From NCBI GenBank assembly GCA_002633005.1, contig NMRA01000853.1:1-64000 (forward strand): 64,000 nucleotides of DNA. Direction: 5' to 3'. Positions 51,601 through 62,289 of this stretch are shown piece by piece (the stretch's first letter is position 1; the number at the start of each line of letters is the position of its first letter). The position numbers were made by a program, and so were the translations under genes. Under the pieces are notes generated by a model, which worked only from the letters and a program-made list of their open reading frames with translations, was not told the origin of the DNA and did not search any database. Source of the stretch: Phoronis australis (taxonomy: Eukaryota > Animalia > Phoronida).

Positions 51601-52253
51601 TAACGAAAGCCGATAATTGTAACTGGTCGGGTTTTAAGAACAAACGGGGTCAGAAATACATCATCAGGGCGGACACTTGGCATTGTTATCTGACGAAGAT
51701 ACTCAAGAAACCACTGTGTGTGAAAAACAGAGCAAAGTTGCAGGTAATTCTCAAATTTTTTTCGGATTTCATCAAGTGTTGTTTTCTCTGAAGTTATTGA
51801 TCCTTTTCCTATGTGCATGGTTCTCAGTGTGGAGTCGAAGACATTTTGTTTACCAAGCTGGATAAAAATATTCAATGCGTGTAGGACTTCGTCTGTGATA
51901 TATCTGGTTCAGTTTCCCTCTCGGTACCTGTACGTTAATTACGTGCTCATTTCGCATACTTACGTTATTGCGCACGTCCAAAATTATTCATAAAATTATG
52001 TCTTGTGTTTGTCTTATAGCGCGTTTTCAAATTTCTTAGCGAAGCCAATAATGAAATTTCTCGCACAAATGTTATCATAAAGCAACTGTTGTTTCAGGGA
52101 AAGAAAGGGATTATAACGTTCCGCCACTGTGCTTGGAAACAAGACCCCAAGCATCCCACAGGGCATGTCGACGTGTGGAATGGGAAGAAATGCAGAAACA
52201 AGTGTTATTTCGACCAGTGCAAGGAGTTCTGCTTGTTTGAAATTTCGAAATAA
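39568..52253 (+). CDS. dae4: Spliced gene (8 exons, 1545 nt CDS, 514 aa): secreted tandem Tae4-like peptidoglycan amidase (domesticated amidase effector, Dae4-like) with N-terminal mucin-like stalk
   Basis: Exons 39568-39615, 42953-43520, 44563-44706, 47177-47334, 49666-49831, 49962-50108, 51586-51743, 52098-52253. All introns are GT-AG and the phases join into one open frame ending at TAA 52251-52253. Tae4 motifs occur twice: DTCG(M/L)RFSY, KYIIRA, GKKGIITF, TGH(I/V)D(L/V)W(D/N)G..C...CYF. AATAAA at 52417-52422. Confidence 0.88.
42953..43520 (+). CDS. dae4: Dae4-like exon 2: end of signal peptide plus Pro/Thr/Asp mucin-like repeat stalk
   Basis: Acceptor tttctgtttcag; open frame LSILKVQANPTNPPVDNT...SPPCNETKKIA; donor G|GTATGA (phase 1). 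Confidence 0.82.
42989..43456 (+). repeat. Coding 18-bp minisatellite, about 26 units (consensus PPGDTT)
   Basis: Unit ccaccaggggacaccact and variants; includes a 54-bp higher-order duplication (LPVD(T/I)TLPGDSAPTVDTT x2). Confidence 0.92.
44563..44706 (+). CDS. dae4: Dae4-like exon 3: amidase domain 1 N-part with catalytic Cys (DTCGMRFSY)
   Basis: Acceptor ttttcgcag; DFKFKVDLWAKYPDPKTFPKADMWKKAGFDKNYGDTCGMRFSYTLYQLG; donor G|GTGAGT; paralogous to exon 6. Not in the ORF track. Confidence 0.9.
47177..47334 (+). CDS. dae4: Dae4-like exon 4: amidase domain 1 middle
   Basis: Acceptor ttttacag; YKICITNADNCNWSGFKNKQGQKYIIRADTWHCYLIKIFKKPLCVKNKAKLA; donor GCG|GTAAGT; 158 nt like exon 7. Confidence 0.9.
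47766..49210. mobile_element. Kolobok-like non-autonomous DNA transposon in amidase intron 4 (about 160-bp TIRs, TTAA TSD), spanning the assembly gap
   Basis: TTAA|AGGCGAAGGCAACC...GGTTGCCTTCGCCT|TTAA; 47766-47923 is inverted relative to 49053-49210. Confidence 0.8.
48030..48925. other. Assembly gap (896 N)
   Basis: Run of N. Confidence 0.99.
49666..49831 (+). CDS. dae4: Dae4-like exon 5: amidase domain 1 C-part with catalytic His
   Basis: Acceptor atttcag; GKKGIITFRHCTWKNNPKHPTGHIDLWDGKNCRNKCYFKECKEYCLFEIPKPKAF; donor G|GTGAGT. Confidence 0.92.
49962..50108 (+). CDS. dae4: Dae4-like exon 6: amidase domain 2 N-part with catalytic Cys (DTCGLRFSY)
   Basis: Acceptor ttcacag; EPKFNDIWKKYPNPKIKKPAMWKKAGFDQKYLSHWDTCGLRFSYATYSLG; donor G|GTAAGT. 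Confidence 0.92.
51586..51743 (+). CDS. dae4: Dae4-like exon 7: amidase domain 2 middle
   Basis: Acceptor ttttactgcag; YTIGITKADNCNWSGFKNKRGQKYIIRADTWHCYLTKILKKPLCVKNRAKLQ; donor CAG|GTAATT. Confidence 0.92.
52098..52253 (+). CDS. dae4: Dae4-like exon 8 (terminal): amidase domain 2 C-part with catalytic His
   Basis: Acceptor gtttcag; GKKGIITFRHCAWKQDPKHPTGHVDVWNGKKCRNKCYFDQCKEFCLFEISK then stop. Confidence 0.92.
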   Translation, partial: GKKGIITFRHCAWKQDPKHPTGHVDVWNGKKCRNKCYFDQCKEFCLFEISK

Positions 52254-52416
52254 CTGTTTCCGTGACTTCACGATCTCACTTGATTATCGTTCATGTAGAA
52301 TCTGAACATGCTACTTAACTGACCTATAGGCCACGTGACAAGTTTGAATATAGTGGCTTTCGCGCTTCCTTCTTACTTGGCAATTTGAGCTGCGTTTGCT
52401 TAAACCCTCCATCTGA

Positions 52417-52422
52417 AATAAA
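52417..52422 (+). promoter_or_regulatory. Putative polyadenylation signal of the Dae4-like gene
   Basis: AATAAA about 165 nt after the stop codon. Confidence 0.5.
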
Positions 52423-52443
52423 CAAAAAAACAAACAACAAGAN

Positions 52444-53206
52444 GCATTGTTATCTGATGAAGATACTCAAGAAACCACTGTGTGTGAAAAACAGAGCAAA
52501 GTTGCAGGTAATTCTCAAAATTTTTTCAGATTTCATCAAGTGTTGTTTTCTCTGAAGTGATTGATCCTTTTCCTATGTGCATGGTTCTCAGTGTGGAGAC
52601 AACGACATTTTGTTTACCAAGCTGGATAAAAATATTCAATGCGTATAGGACTTCGTCTGTGATATATCTAGTTCAGTTTCCCTCTCGGTACCTGTACGTT
52701 AATTACGTGCTCATTTCGCACACTTACGTTATTGCGCACGTCCAAAATTATTCATAAAATTATGTCTTGTGTTCGTCTTATAGCGCGTTTTCAAATTTCT
52801 TAGCGAAGCCAATTATGAAATTTCTCGCACAAATGTTATCATAAAGCAACTGTTGTTTCAGAGAAAGAAAGGGATTATAACGTTCCGCCACTGTGCTTGG
52901 AAACAAGACCCCAAGCATCCCACAGGGCATGTCGACGTGTGGAATGGGAAGAAATGCAGAAACAAGTGTTATTTCGACCAGTGCAAGGAGTTCTGCTTGT
53001 TTGAAATTTCGAAATAACTGTTTCCGTGACTTCACGATCTCACTTGATTATCGTTCATGTAGAATCTGAACATGCTACTTAACTGACCTATAGGCCACGT
53101 GACAAGTTTGAATATAGTGGCTTTCGCGCTTCCTTCTTACTTGGCAATTTGAGCTGCGTTTGCTTAAACCCTCCATCTGAAATAAACAAAAAAACAAACA
53201 ACAAGA
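52444..53206 (+). repeat. Near-identical second copy of 51680-52442 (part of exon 7, intron, exon 8, 3' UTR); probably uncollapsed haplotype or contig overlap
   Basis: Offset 764 nt, junction at a single N (52443), begins mid-exon, few SNPs (T>M in exon 7, G>R at start of exon 8). Confidence 0.85.
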
Positions 53207-54184
53207 GTGTAACTAATGTCGACCAGCGTCACCTCATGGGTATAACATAACTGTACAACTCTTTGGGTTGTGTGTAATTCTCATGTAATTCTAAGGACAC
53301 ATAGTCATTGTTTGCTGTTATACAGGGGAGAAGAGTCAACAAGTGCGGAAGGAGGACGACGATAATTCTTAGCAAAAATAATGAAACTTTTTTAGGTTTT
53401 ATTGTGCACGATAACTCTTATAGGGACGCTCCTTTCACGAGGGCCAACAGAATTAATGGCTAGCCTCTTTTCATGCTATCCAGGTTCTTTATATCAGTTG
53501 CGCTTATAAAACTGTTCAAAGTGAAGCGTTTTATTGCACTTGGCTTTTAGTGACTAAATGCATATAACGAAAACATGTAAGCTTAACATGCTGTTGCCGT
53601 TTATTTTAAAGTTCATAACTCAGTTCCCTGATTACCTGTTTTGTGAATACGCCAAACCATAAAACTATCATTAGAAAGCACGTTGTACGAATTTAGTCAA
53701 CTCGGGAAACACCTTATTGTCAATAACTGTTGGGCCCCTGTTTAAACCGTCTTGCCATCAATTTTCGTTTGGAAAACTTTAGAAATGTCTTATTCAATAT
53801 CTCGGGTTATAGGAAGCTAAAATAAGTGTCATTTCAAGCAAAAATGTATCTTCTTTTAGAGCAGGGTATGCATTGACCTATAGGCCCAAATAGAACTTGA
53901 AATTGTTTTTGCCATTCGTTCTACTATCGTACAAACTTATGCTTTGTGTATGTTATTGTGAGCTCGTGTGTATCATGATCTCGTTGGGACATTCCCAGAT
54001 GAAATGAATTCTCGATAGGATATGACAGCAGTATTCCTATGTATGTGGGACAACCTATATTTATACGTCATATGCTCGCCACTTATACCATATCCACGGG
54101 CTTATTAGAAAAGCCCACTGATGTACAGTGCACACCGAAATTTGGGTAAGATGTCTCCTCTAAGTCTGGTTCGATTTCTATAAT

Positions 54185-54340
54185 GTGGTAAGGGACAGCT
54201 CATTGGACTTGAGCGCCTGTACTTTTAGTAGATAGTCCAGAAGTTCGAGCCCCGGTCGGACAGAGCTCTTTTCAGACTTAACTAAAGCTCATGTACTGTG
54301 ACCAACATATGTCGTGGAAGAAGACTAATAAATCTTACTT
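54185..54340 (+). mobile_element. tRNA-derived SINE
   Basis: A-box-like AGCTCATTGG, B-box GTTCGAGCC, unrelated body, ends aataaatcttacttata. Confidence 0.55.
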
Positions 54341-55869
54341 ATACCATATCAACGCTCTGATTTATGACAGCAAAATCATATAATAGATACTTAACTTTAG
54401 TTCGTTCACCAGAAAAATATCAAAAATAATTTCGAGTTCGATTTTGAGTCTGGAAATTAGACATCGTTCCTGATTATGCAGTGATAAGTGTTCCAAAAGT
54501 TTGAATGAAAATTGTTAAGAGTAACACGTTTCACTTTCACCTGACCGTCATGTGAAGTGGTTACAGAACCGGATATGTAACCGCAAAGCACCAAATAACG
54601 TTTTTGTTTTGAACCATTTTTGGAAGAAACTTTAACTTTACCTTTTCACAAACTTGTAGAACATCGACACTTTCACTACTTCTCAGCTACGAGGGAAAAT
54701 TTATTCAACCTGAAATTAACTTCGTTGATACGACTGAAATTACTTCAGCTGAATGCATATGGAAGACGTAACAAAGTATTTTGTTGTAGTGTGCAGTTAG
54801 CTAAATAGGAGCAAACGTACGCTACCAATAGTTTTAGACATGAGCTTAAACTGGTGTGTCGCTAATGTATCATGCTCTACGAAAAGGTGCCAAGATATTT
54901 TTTCTTTTTCTAGTTTCGATTTATTTTAATTTGATGAATCAGTGCTCACAGACGTGAACAGTTACTAGCTACACGAGAATCCAAATCGGCAACAACAAAT
55001 TTCGAAATTCAATGAATTAAGCCATTGTCTGAAGGCTATGCTTTCTAAGTGTGACGAAAGGTAGCACTGTGCGCTGATCATGTAACACGACTTCTCATTG
55101 GTTGGTGATCCATATTCAAACATTCCGAGTGCTTGATGCTGAGAAACGCGTCATTTTTTGCTCCATCTATAGAGAAACGCTTTTAAAATGCTTTTGTGGC
55201 TCGCGGTTGAAGAAACCAGAACTAAATCGATGCATTACACACAAGTTTGTATTTTTGACACACTGTAGTTTTGCTGTTCATTGTCGTACCATATCAGGGG
55301 CATAGCCACCAAAAACGCAACTATACACGTGCGTCTTGAACAAGAATGGAATAAATTTTATTTTCTTGTGTTTTGCTATTTATTGAATAGGCAAACGTGT
55401 AATATAGAAACGGAAACCAGCATGTAATGATGCAACATCCAAATTCCTGTTATAATTGATCATGGATTGACAGACATTCGCATCACAGGCAAGCAAACTG
55501 TATTCATTACCTAGAATCACCACACCACAACGCCACAGAATTGTTATTAAAATTTGCCATTCGTCTTTAAAATATTCTTCATTTCCTTATATTTAAGCTT
55601 TTTTAAGTAATAAGTTAATTCAGACTTAAAAATTGCGACCCATGGCACTTGGTACTTCATTTGGAGGGAAAATATGTATTTTGATAAAAGCATTCAGTGA
55701 CTTAAAACTGCACCCACTTTAATCCAAATGTGACAGTGAAAGCATCCAAATTAGGTTTTGAACATTTCTCTACACAAAAAGGAAATTCGGAAATACTTTC
55801 CCAAAAAGCAATGTTCTCTGGCTTTGCAGGACAGAAGCTTCATCAATCAGACTCTTTAGCCCCTATTTG

Positions 55870-58800
55870 CAAGAATAACTTATTTGTTCCAATTGTTCTA
55901 TGGACATCTGTATAGTAGCCACTTTAGACATTCATTGTTCACTAGGCTAAAGTCAAAAGCATAAATAACTTGCAATTCGGGGTTTGATTTAATGTTAACT
56001 CCAAAACCAGTTTCCCATTTTCGTTTTTGTGTAATTTTATAAGAAAGCGCCGTGTAAAATGCCCGAATACCCTTATTATCACATAGCATTTTTGGCCCAT
56101 CAATGGAAAAAGTGGAAACTTTATTTGAAAAGGATTTATCTCTTTCGACGATAAATAATAGAATTTGCATTAAGGAATTGAGTACATCTCGACAGAAATA
56201 ATTCTTACATCCATCAGCTAGTCTTAAAGTAGGCATCCCCCATCTTGCTGAAATGCACTTTGTTCTTCAAATAGTGGAAATAAATAATTTCTTTCCACTA
56301 AGAACCAGTATTTTGTAAAACTTTACTATGCTATTTCCAATGATATGTTGAAAGAGTCAACATGTATCATATTTACTCAGTCTACTTTTGGACAAATTTT
56401 GACATAACAAACGTCGAGAGATTTTTTTCATTTTTGTATCCCCATGTAAATTTGTTGAACAAACGTTCAGTTTTGTGCACGGTTTCTCTTTTTTGGGAGA
56501 CGACAACCTTAAGAACAAAGGTGTCAATTTACAAGTTGACAAGGATTTAACCGCAAATTTTTCCTACTACCGTCGGGAGTTTCTTGGACGAAAATCCTGT
56601 ATCTTTTTCTATTTCATGCAGGTTTTCAGAGTAGCTGTCTTCAATTGTTTTGGAAAGGTCTACACACAGTATATTCCCATCTTTTTGAAGCCACTTGTTC
56701 AATTAATTAGCACCTATCCACGCACAGTATGTTTTTCAATCTTGGGCATTAGGCCGAAGAACTTGTCAGAAGATTTGTCAGAACCACCAAGAACACTAAG
56801 TTGGTCGTCTGCATTAACTTATTTTCGAGGTCACCAACCCTGAGCCCCCTTATGCCTTTTTTTCCTGAACAATACTCCTGAAATTACACAGTGCATAGGT
56901 AAGGAGATAAAGGGTCCCCATGCTTGCAGGTTTATGAATTTTAAAAAACTGTGAAGTTATTCCATCTTGCATGACGCACAAGCTTGATCCTTAGTTAAGA
57001 ATTTTAGCCACTTGCAAAATATATCACCAAACACCAAACGTTTCACAAATACAATCCCATGTTAATGAATGAAAAGATTTTTCAAAGTCGATCAATGTTG
57101 TCAAACTTGGGATATTTTTCAGTAAAAGACAGAATATCACATAGTGTTGTGGTATTCTATTTAATAAATCGTCCAAGGAGAAATACAGAGTGGCCCATCA
57201 GTATATTCTCATTCTAACGGCTAAACACGCAGAAAGAATTTCACAAATTTCATTTAGTTACGACACTGGACGACAGTTCGGCAAAAACTCACGAGGTTTA
57301 TTGCACTAAAAGAGTGTCATTAAAGCGTCCTTTAAAGACAACCTCCAGCGGCTAAAACACCTTTTTGACACCAGATATGCTAGTATTGTTCATAAAGAAT
57401 ATTGTTTTTGCTTCTTACATACCACGGAAAGTAATTAATTGCAGCGCAAATTACACCGCTCATAATCCGTAGCCCCTCAACCAATCAGCGTAAAGTTGTT
57501 CACATGACATCGTGGCCACGAAATTACTCGGAAGCCACACTGCGTAACAGCTGAGTGCCACTTTGTAGACGTTCTTTACTTGTCGATCTCTGGGCTAAAA
57601 TGCCGCGTTGCGGGGTGTGCGGGTGTAGCAATGTCAGCGGCAATGACATACATATGCACAACTTCCCCACCGATCACGTTGTGTGCCGTGCGTGGAATAG
57701 ATTTGTATCCACGACAAGGACTGGTGACAAAGTTACCGATCAGCAAGATCAGTTCTAGACTAGGTGCAAAGCTGTATACAAAATCAACAGCTTTGAGCCG
57801 ATGTGGATAAAAATGACGAAAAAAAATCTGACTAAGAAGTAGTGTCATTAAAAGCTGCACCACTCCTTGAGTAAACCAAATTATTTATCGGTATTGCAAA
57901 AATTATCGTTCTGCCGCTCATCTACTGCTAAAATTGAAGTGCGATCTTGTAAGTCGGCTTTCGGCGATTACGTCACCGGACCTGAACAGTTTCTTTTCCC
58001 CGGTTTATTCTTCTATCAACTGTTCTTTGCTGCCACGATGTTGCGTACAGTCACAACAAATCGTCGGAACTGGTTTCATTTCGTTATAAGTTTTTAGTAT
58101 TTTTAAGACCAGCAAACCGAATGTTAGAACAAACTTTACTGCTGCGAAGCTGTCATCATGTCCCAACGAGCGTACTGTTTTCAAAACGACAACAGACTTT
58201 CTTCGTTAAAATTGGCGGAGAGTAATGCTAGAAAATGACGTTTATTAGACTGTTTTTCACTTAAACGACTGGCAACGGGCAAGGTGAGTGTTCGAATTGT
58301 CTCCCAGATTTTGCATGCACCCCGTCGGTCGTTGGCTCTTCGATATAAGTTTCACGACGAGGTGATTAACACAACTCATACCCGGCCTGTATGAAATTTC
58401 GAGGTCTAACGAAGCTCAATTCACAGTGTTACCTAGCTGTATTTTGGCGATAGTCTTCAAACATCTAGTTGGCTGGCTACAAAAAAATCTGCAGTACGCA
58501 CTTCGACGTTTCGTGTTACTGTTCCGGCCAATCCGGCCCAAATCGAAATATTCTGCCTGATTTGGGTCGTTCCCGTAGGCCTAACGGAACTTGAATGCTG
58601 AATTTAAAACGTTCAATTGATTATAAATTCTTATAATTCGGTATGTTTTCATGCAATCCAGACTTTATTTCATGGTTTTAATTTATTACACACACTCACA
58701 ACAACTAAATTTTCGATCTTTTGAGGTTGCTCTAGTCAAAAAGGCGGCGATTATGGGTTGCAGCATTTCAAGGCGAATTATTTTGAAAATTGAGTTTGTA

Positions 58801-60900
58801 ATATAAAATTTTCAATGAATTTGAATGTAATTGCTTTGTACGAAAAGATCAAGCTGGTAAGTGTTGTAACGTTTCCACGTAATTTGCACCAAATTAAGCG
58901 GCTTATTGTCGTCTAGTCCAACACGGGACACACACTCGACAGCGGCCCGTATCGGAATCGCGCAACATTCACACCTTCGGCTTCAAAAAGCATGAATGCG
59001 AAGTTCCTAACATCAAAAGTTTTGTATCAAGCAAAATACACTTTATAATAAACATTGCGAAATTGCCTGATAACAATTCGGACCGTCGAAGCGTTTTGTT
59101 TTTCCGGCTGTTTCGGCGACCCCAGTCACACTCCCGGGGATTCCCATACGGGCCCGTATTAGAATGTGTGCTAAATAATTGAATAAAAAATTCTAAATGT
59201 GCTGATTTTGATCAATTTTAATATTAATTGACATGAAATGAACATTTAAGGTGTTTCCTTGATTTTCCACGTATTTTGCACTAAATTAAACGATAAGTCA
59301 TCGCTTAACGATGATGTCGTAGATTTCGGTTAGTGTACGCGCCATCTCAAGTTCTTTTTTGACGCTAAATGGGGTTCGTGATGGGACTACTGTATTATCA
59401 AAGGCCTACTTAATCAACGACTGGGGTATGCCATGACACAGCATTTTGATGTGTTTTCATCAATAAATGTATTTTAGATATAAAACCTGTCATTTTGGCA
59501 CCATATTAAGCCTTTAATTGTGAATTTGAAAGCACCCTAGTATCCAAACTCAGTGCTTAAAATAGAGAAGATGACCAACTCTTGAAAACATATGTGAACT
59601 CCTGCAGCAGTGAAATTGTCAATCTCAGGTCTTTTATCATATATTTATAACATTTTCCAGTTCATGGTATTTACATAGATGTTGAATAATATCTGTGTTT
59701 GCGGAAATTTGATCAGCCTCCTCGAACAAATGTTCATAATATCTTTTAATCTCGCCAAGTAATTCATCTTATGCAGTTATTGTACTGCCAGATTGGGTAA
59801 CATTCTTGTTCAATTCTTCTAATGTATTTTCTCCCTCCTCGATCCATTTACAGCCAGCTCTTAACATCCTTCACCCATACTTTCTAACTCTTTTACTTTT
59901 AGTCACTCGTCCTCGGTCGTTTCAATGTAACATAAAATTCACAGATTCAATACACTTTACCAAAGCCTTTGGTTTTATATGAATTGAAAAGCCATTTGTC
60001 ACACGCACTTTTTTCAGCACTACTTCAAAATGAAGTTTGTTATAAATTAAAAACTAGGATCTTTCGATCATATCCTCATTACCGTCAGTTAGGATATCTT
60101 ATACTCATTAACATTATTTGGAATAACATCTTTCAGTGTAGTGACGTATAACTCATGGGATAACAAGTTGTTAAGTCGCCGGAAGCTAGGTCCTTTTTTA
60201 AAATCGCAACATTTCAAGGTCACTGCTATAGCCGAGTCACCAGTTTTATAACCACATAGAATTTCCACCTTTTCAAGAAATCCTGTGGGTTCCTCACTGA
60301 CCAGAAAAAAGCCCGATCTTGCACATATGTGTGGGTTTCTTTTAAGCCACGTGTAGCATCTTATTGCAGGATATCTAAGTCTCCAAGATTTACCTAAATT
60401 TAACCTAATTTTAATTGTCTAATTTTCCCTTCAGATACAGGATTGTTGTCACGCTTATTGTATAGCCATAACAACCTAAATTGTAATCCTGGACAGCAGT
60501 CCAGTTCCCACACATAATTACAAACTCTGACGCAAATTCATTCAGCAGGCTTCTAAGGTGTCGGAAAAGAGGGATTGTCTTTATGTGGATCATACATAAA
60601 AAACAGTTTCCATAAATTTTGACTCAACTGTTCAATTAATTGCTAGCTAATTCCCAACTAAATCGTGCTCAATATCACAAAATGTTAAATTCAAAGATAT
60701 CACAAATTAGTATGGCAAATCCTCTTAAATTGCTCGATTCATGGGAACTCTAACACTCAATTGAATGTTTTTAAAACATTTTAATCACTTATGATGAGAA
60801 ATGAGTATTCGTAGATAATAAATACAGTATTCCTATTCCTTAGTAAGCAAAAATATCCTTTCGTTTTCTAGGACCCCAGTCCTGTACAATTCAGTGACAT
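55870..60900 (-). mobile_element. Decayed L1/Tx1 LINE ORF2 (endonuclease about 60900-60300, linker about 59900-59550, RT about 57100-56400) interrupted by an insertion
   Basis: IMCGNWTAVQDYNLGCYGY (APE-like), LGEIKRYYEHLF, ADDQL near 56800-56812 and downstream L1-type motifs, colinear on the minus strand. Confidence 0.55.
57336..57870 (+). mobile_element. THAP-domain DNA transposon remnant (Kolobok/P/Harbinger-type)
   Basis: MPRCGVCGCSN...HNFPTD...RAWNRFVSTTR (THAP zinc finger) from 57600, degraded; preceded by TTAA|AG at about 57332. Confidence 0.55.
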
Positions 60901-62289
60901 TATTTTTAGCATAAGAAAAAGAGTATTCTAAATAGCATCAAGGTTGGTGACCGCATCAGAGCAGGGCCCCTGACAGGGAGCTAGTCAATTCAGGTAGACA
61001 TGAGCGTAGACCGGAAGCAGAAGTTCCTTTCAAGTGTAGGTTAATTCTTCATAACTTTTCTTTTCACAGTAACAACTCTTACACTATGGCATTGGGAAGC
61101 TAGTAATTTTAACACGACAAATGAAGAAGTCACGCGTACATGTACTACGTAGCCTCCGATAACAACACAATAGCAAGATACCGAAGGCGGATGCGACCTC
61201 ATCGAGAATTCGAACGGGCAGCTATTTGAGGTCGTTTTTATTCGGGCGTCTCATTGCTTTCTTGAATCGGATGCAAAACAAGCACGCGCCAATGTACTAG
61301 AGATTATGAATACTATACTGCGTGATGTCACATGACTTCTTAAAGTGACATTCTCGGCAAGAAAATTTAGTTTACAGGAATTAGTAGAAGCGCGGAACAA
61401 CCGTAATTCTGCGCTGAACCAAGTCCACGTATTAAACAGGAGATCCATTTAATGGCATTTAAATGGTAAAGCCATGGGGATTGATTTCAGAGAGTATGGC
61501 AGAAATTAGCGGCTGATAATAAAAGAATGACCTCTTTAATGCAGAAATAAAATGGAACCTCTACTACATTTTGAATTAGACCACTTGTCTCAGCTTGCTA
61601 AAAAGTGATTTTGGCCTTGCATTGCAGTTTCCCTCACTAGATAAGTTTAAGGTCAAGGGACTATTTATTTCTCCCAAGAAAGTGAGCAATACTGTGCATC
61701 CCTGCACAGAGCAAAATATACCAAACACGGCCACTTTGGCTGGGAAGAGCACATATTCAAAAACTAGATCACTCAAATTACAAGTAGATTGTAAATGTTG
61801 TGCAGCTTTCTACTGCATTTTACAAGAGAATACCTTTTAATACTGGACACTAATGCAGCCACATTTCCATGAACAGGAAGTTCTACTGCTATAGCGCCAC
61901 AAGGTGTCACTTGCCTCTAAAATTACCCTCTGTACTAAGAGTCTGATGACAACTCAGATAAACCAATCAATCGATTCTAAGGCCCCCCATGTGGATGCCC
62001 GGGACCGTCGCCCAGTCGCCCCCTCGTTCTGCACACTACCGATTTTGGCCTTAAGAAATTTCATGAACTTAGCGGGACTGAAGGCATTTTGGTCAAAGGT
62101 TGCCCAATTTTGGTTAAGTTAAGCCAGAAAATTTGTTGAAACGGGCCCCTGGCTAACCCAGGCGCCCGGGTTGAATTTGTGTACCTAAAAGGTAACAGTT
62201 CAAGAAACTTGACGTTTTTATACATTTGTGGTCCGAAGACGGTATCAGATACTAAAGACCGTGATCAATTAGTTTATTTATTTCAACAG

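Noticed and set aside
44563-52253. Bacterial contamination as the source of Tae4-like sequence
   Set aside because: Domains are interrupted by spliceosomal introns containing animal transposons and are fused to a eukaryotic-type signal and mucin exon.
54185-54265. tRNA gene (similar weak signal at about 5700-5757)
   Set aside because: Has A/B-box-like motifs but no consistent cloverleaf or acceptor stem, and continues into a SINE-like body.
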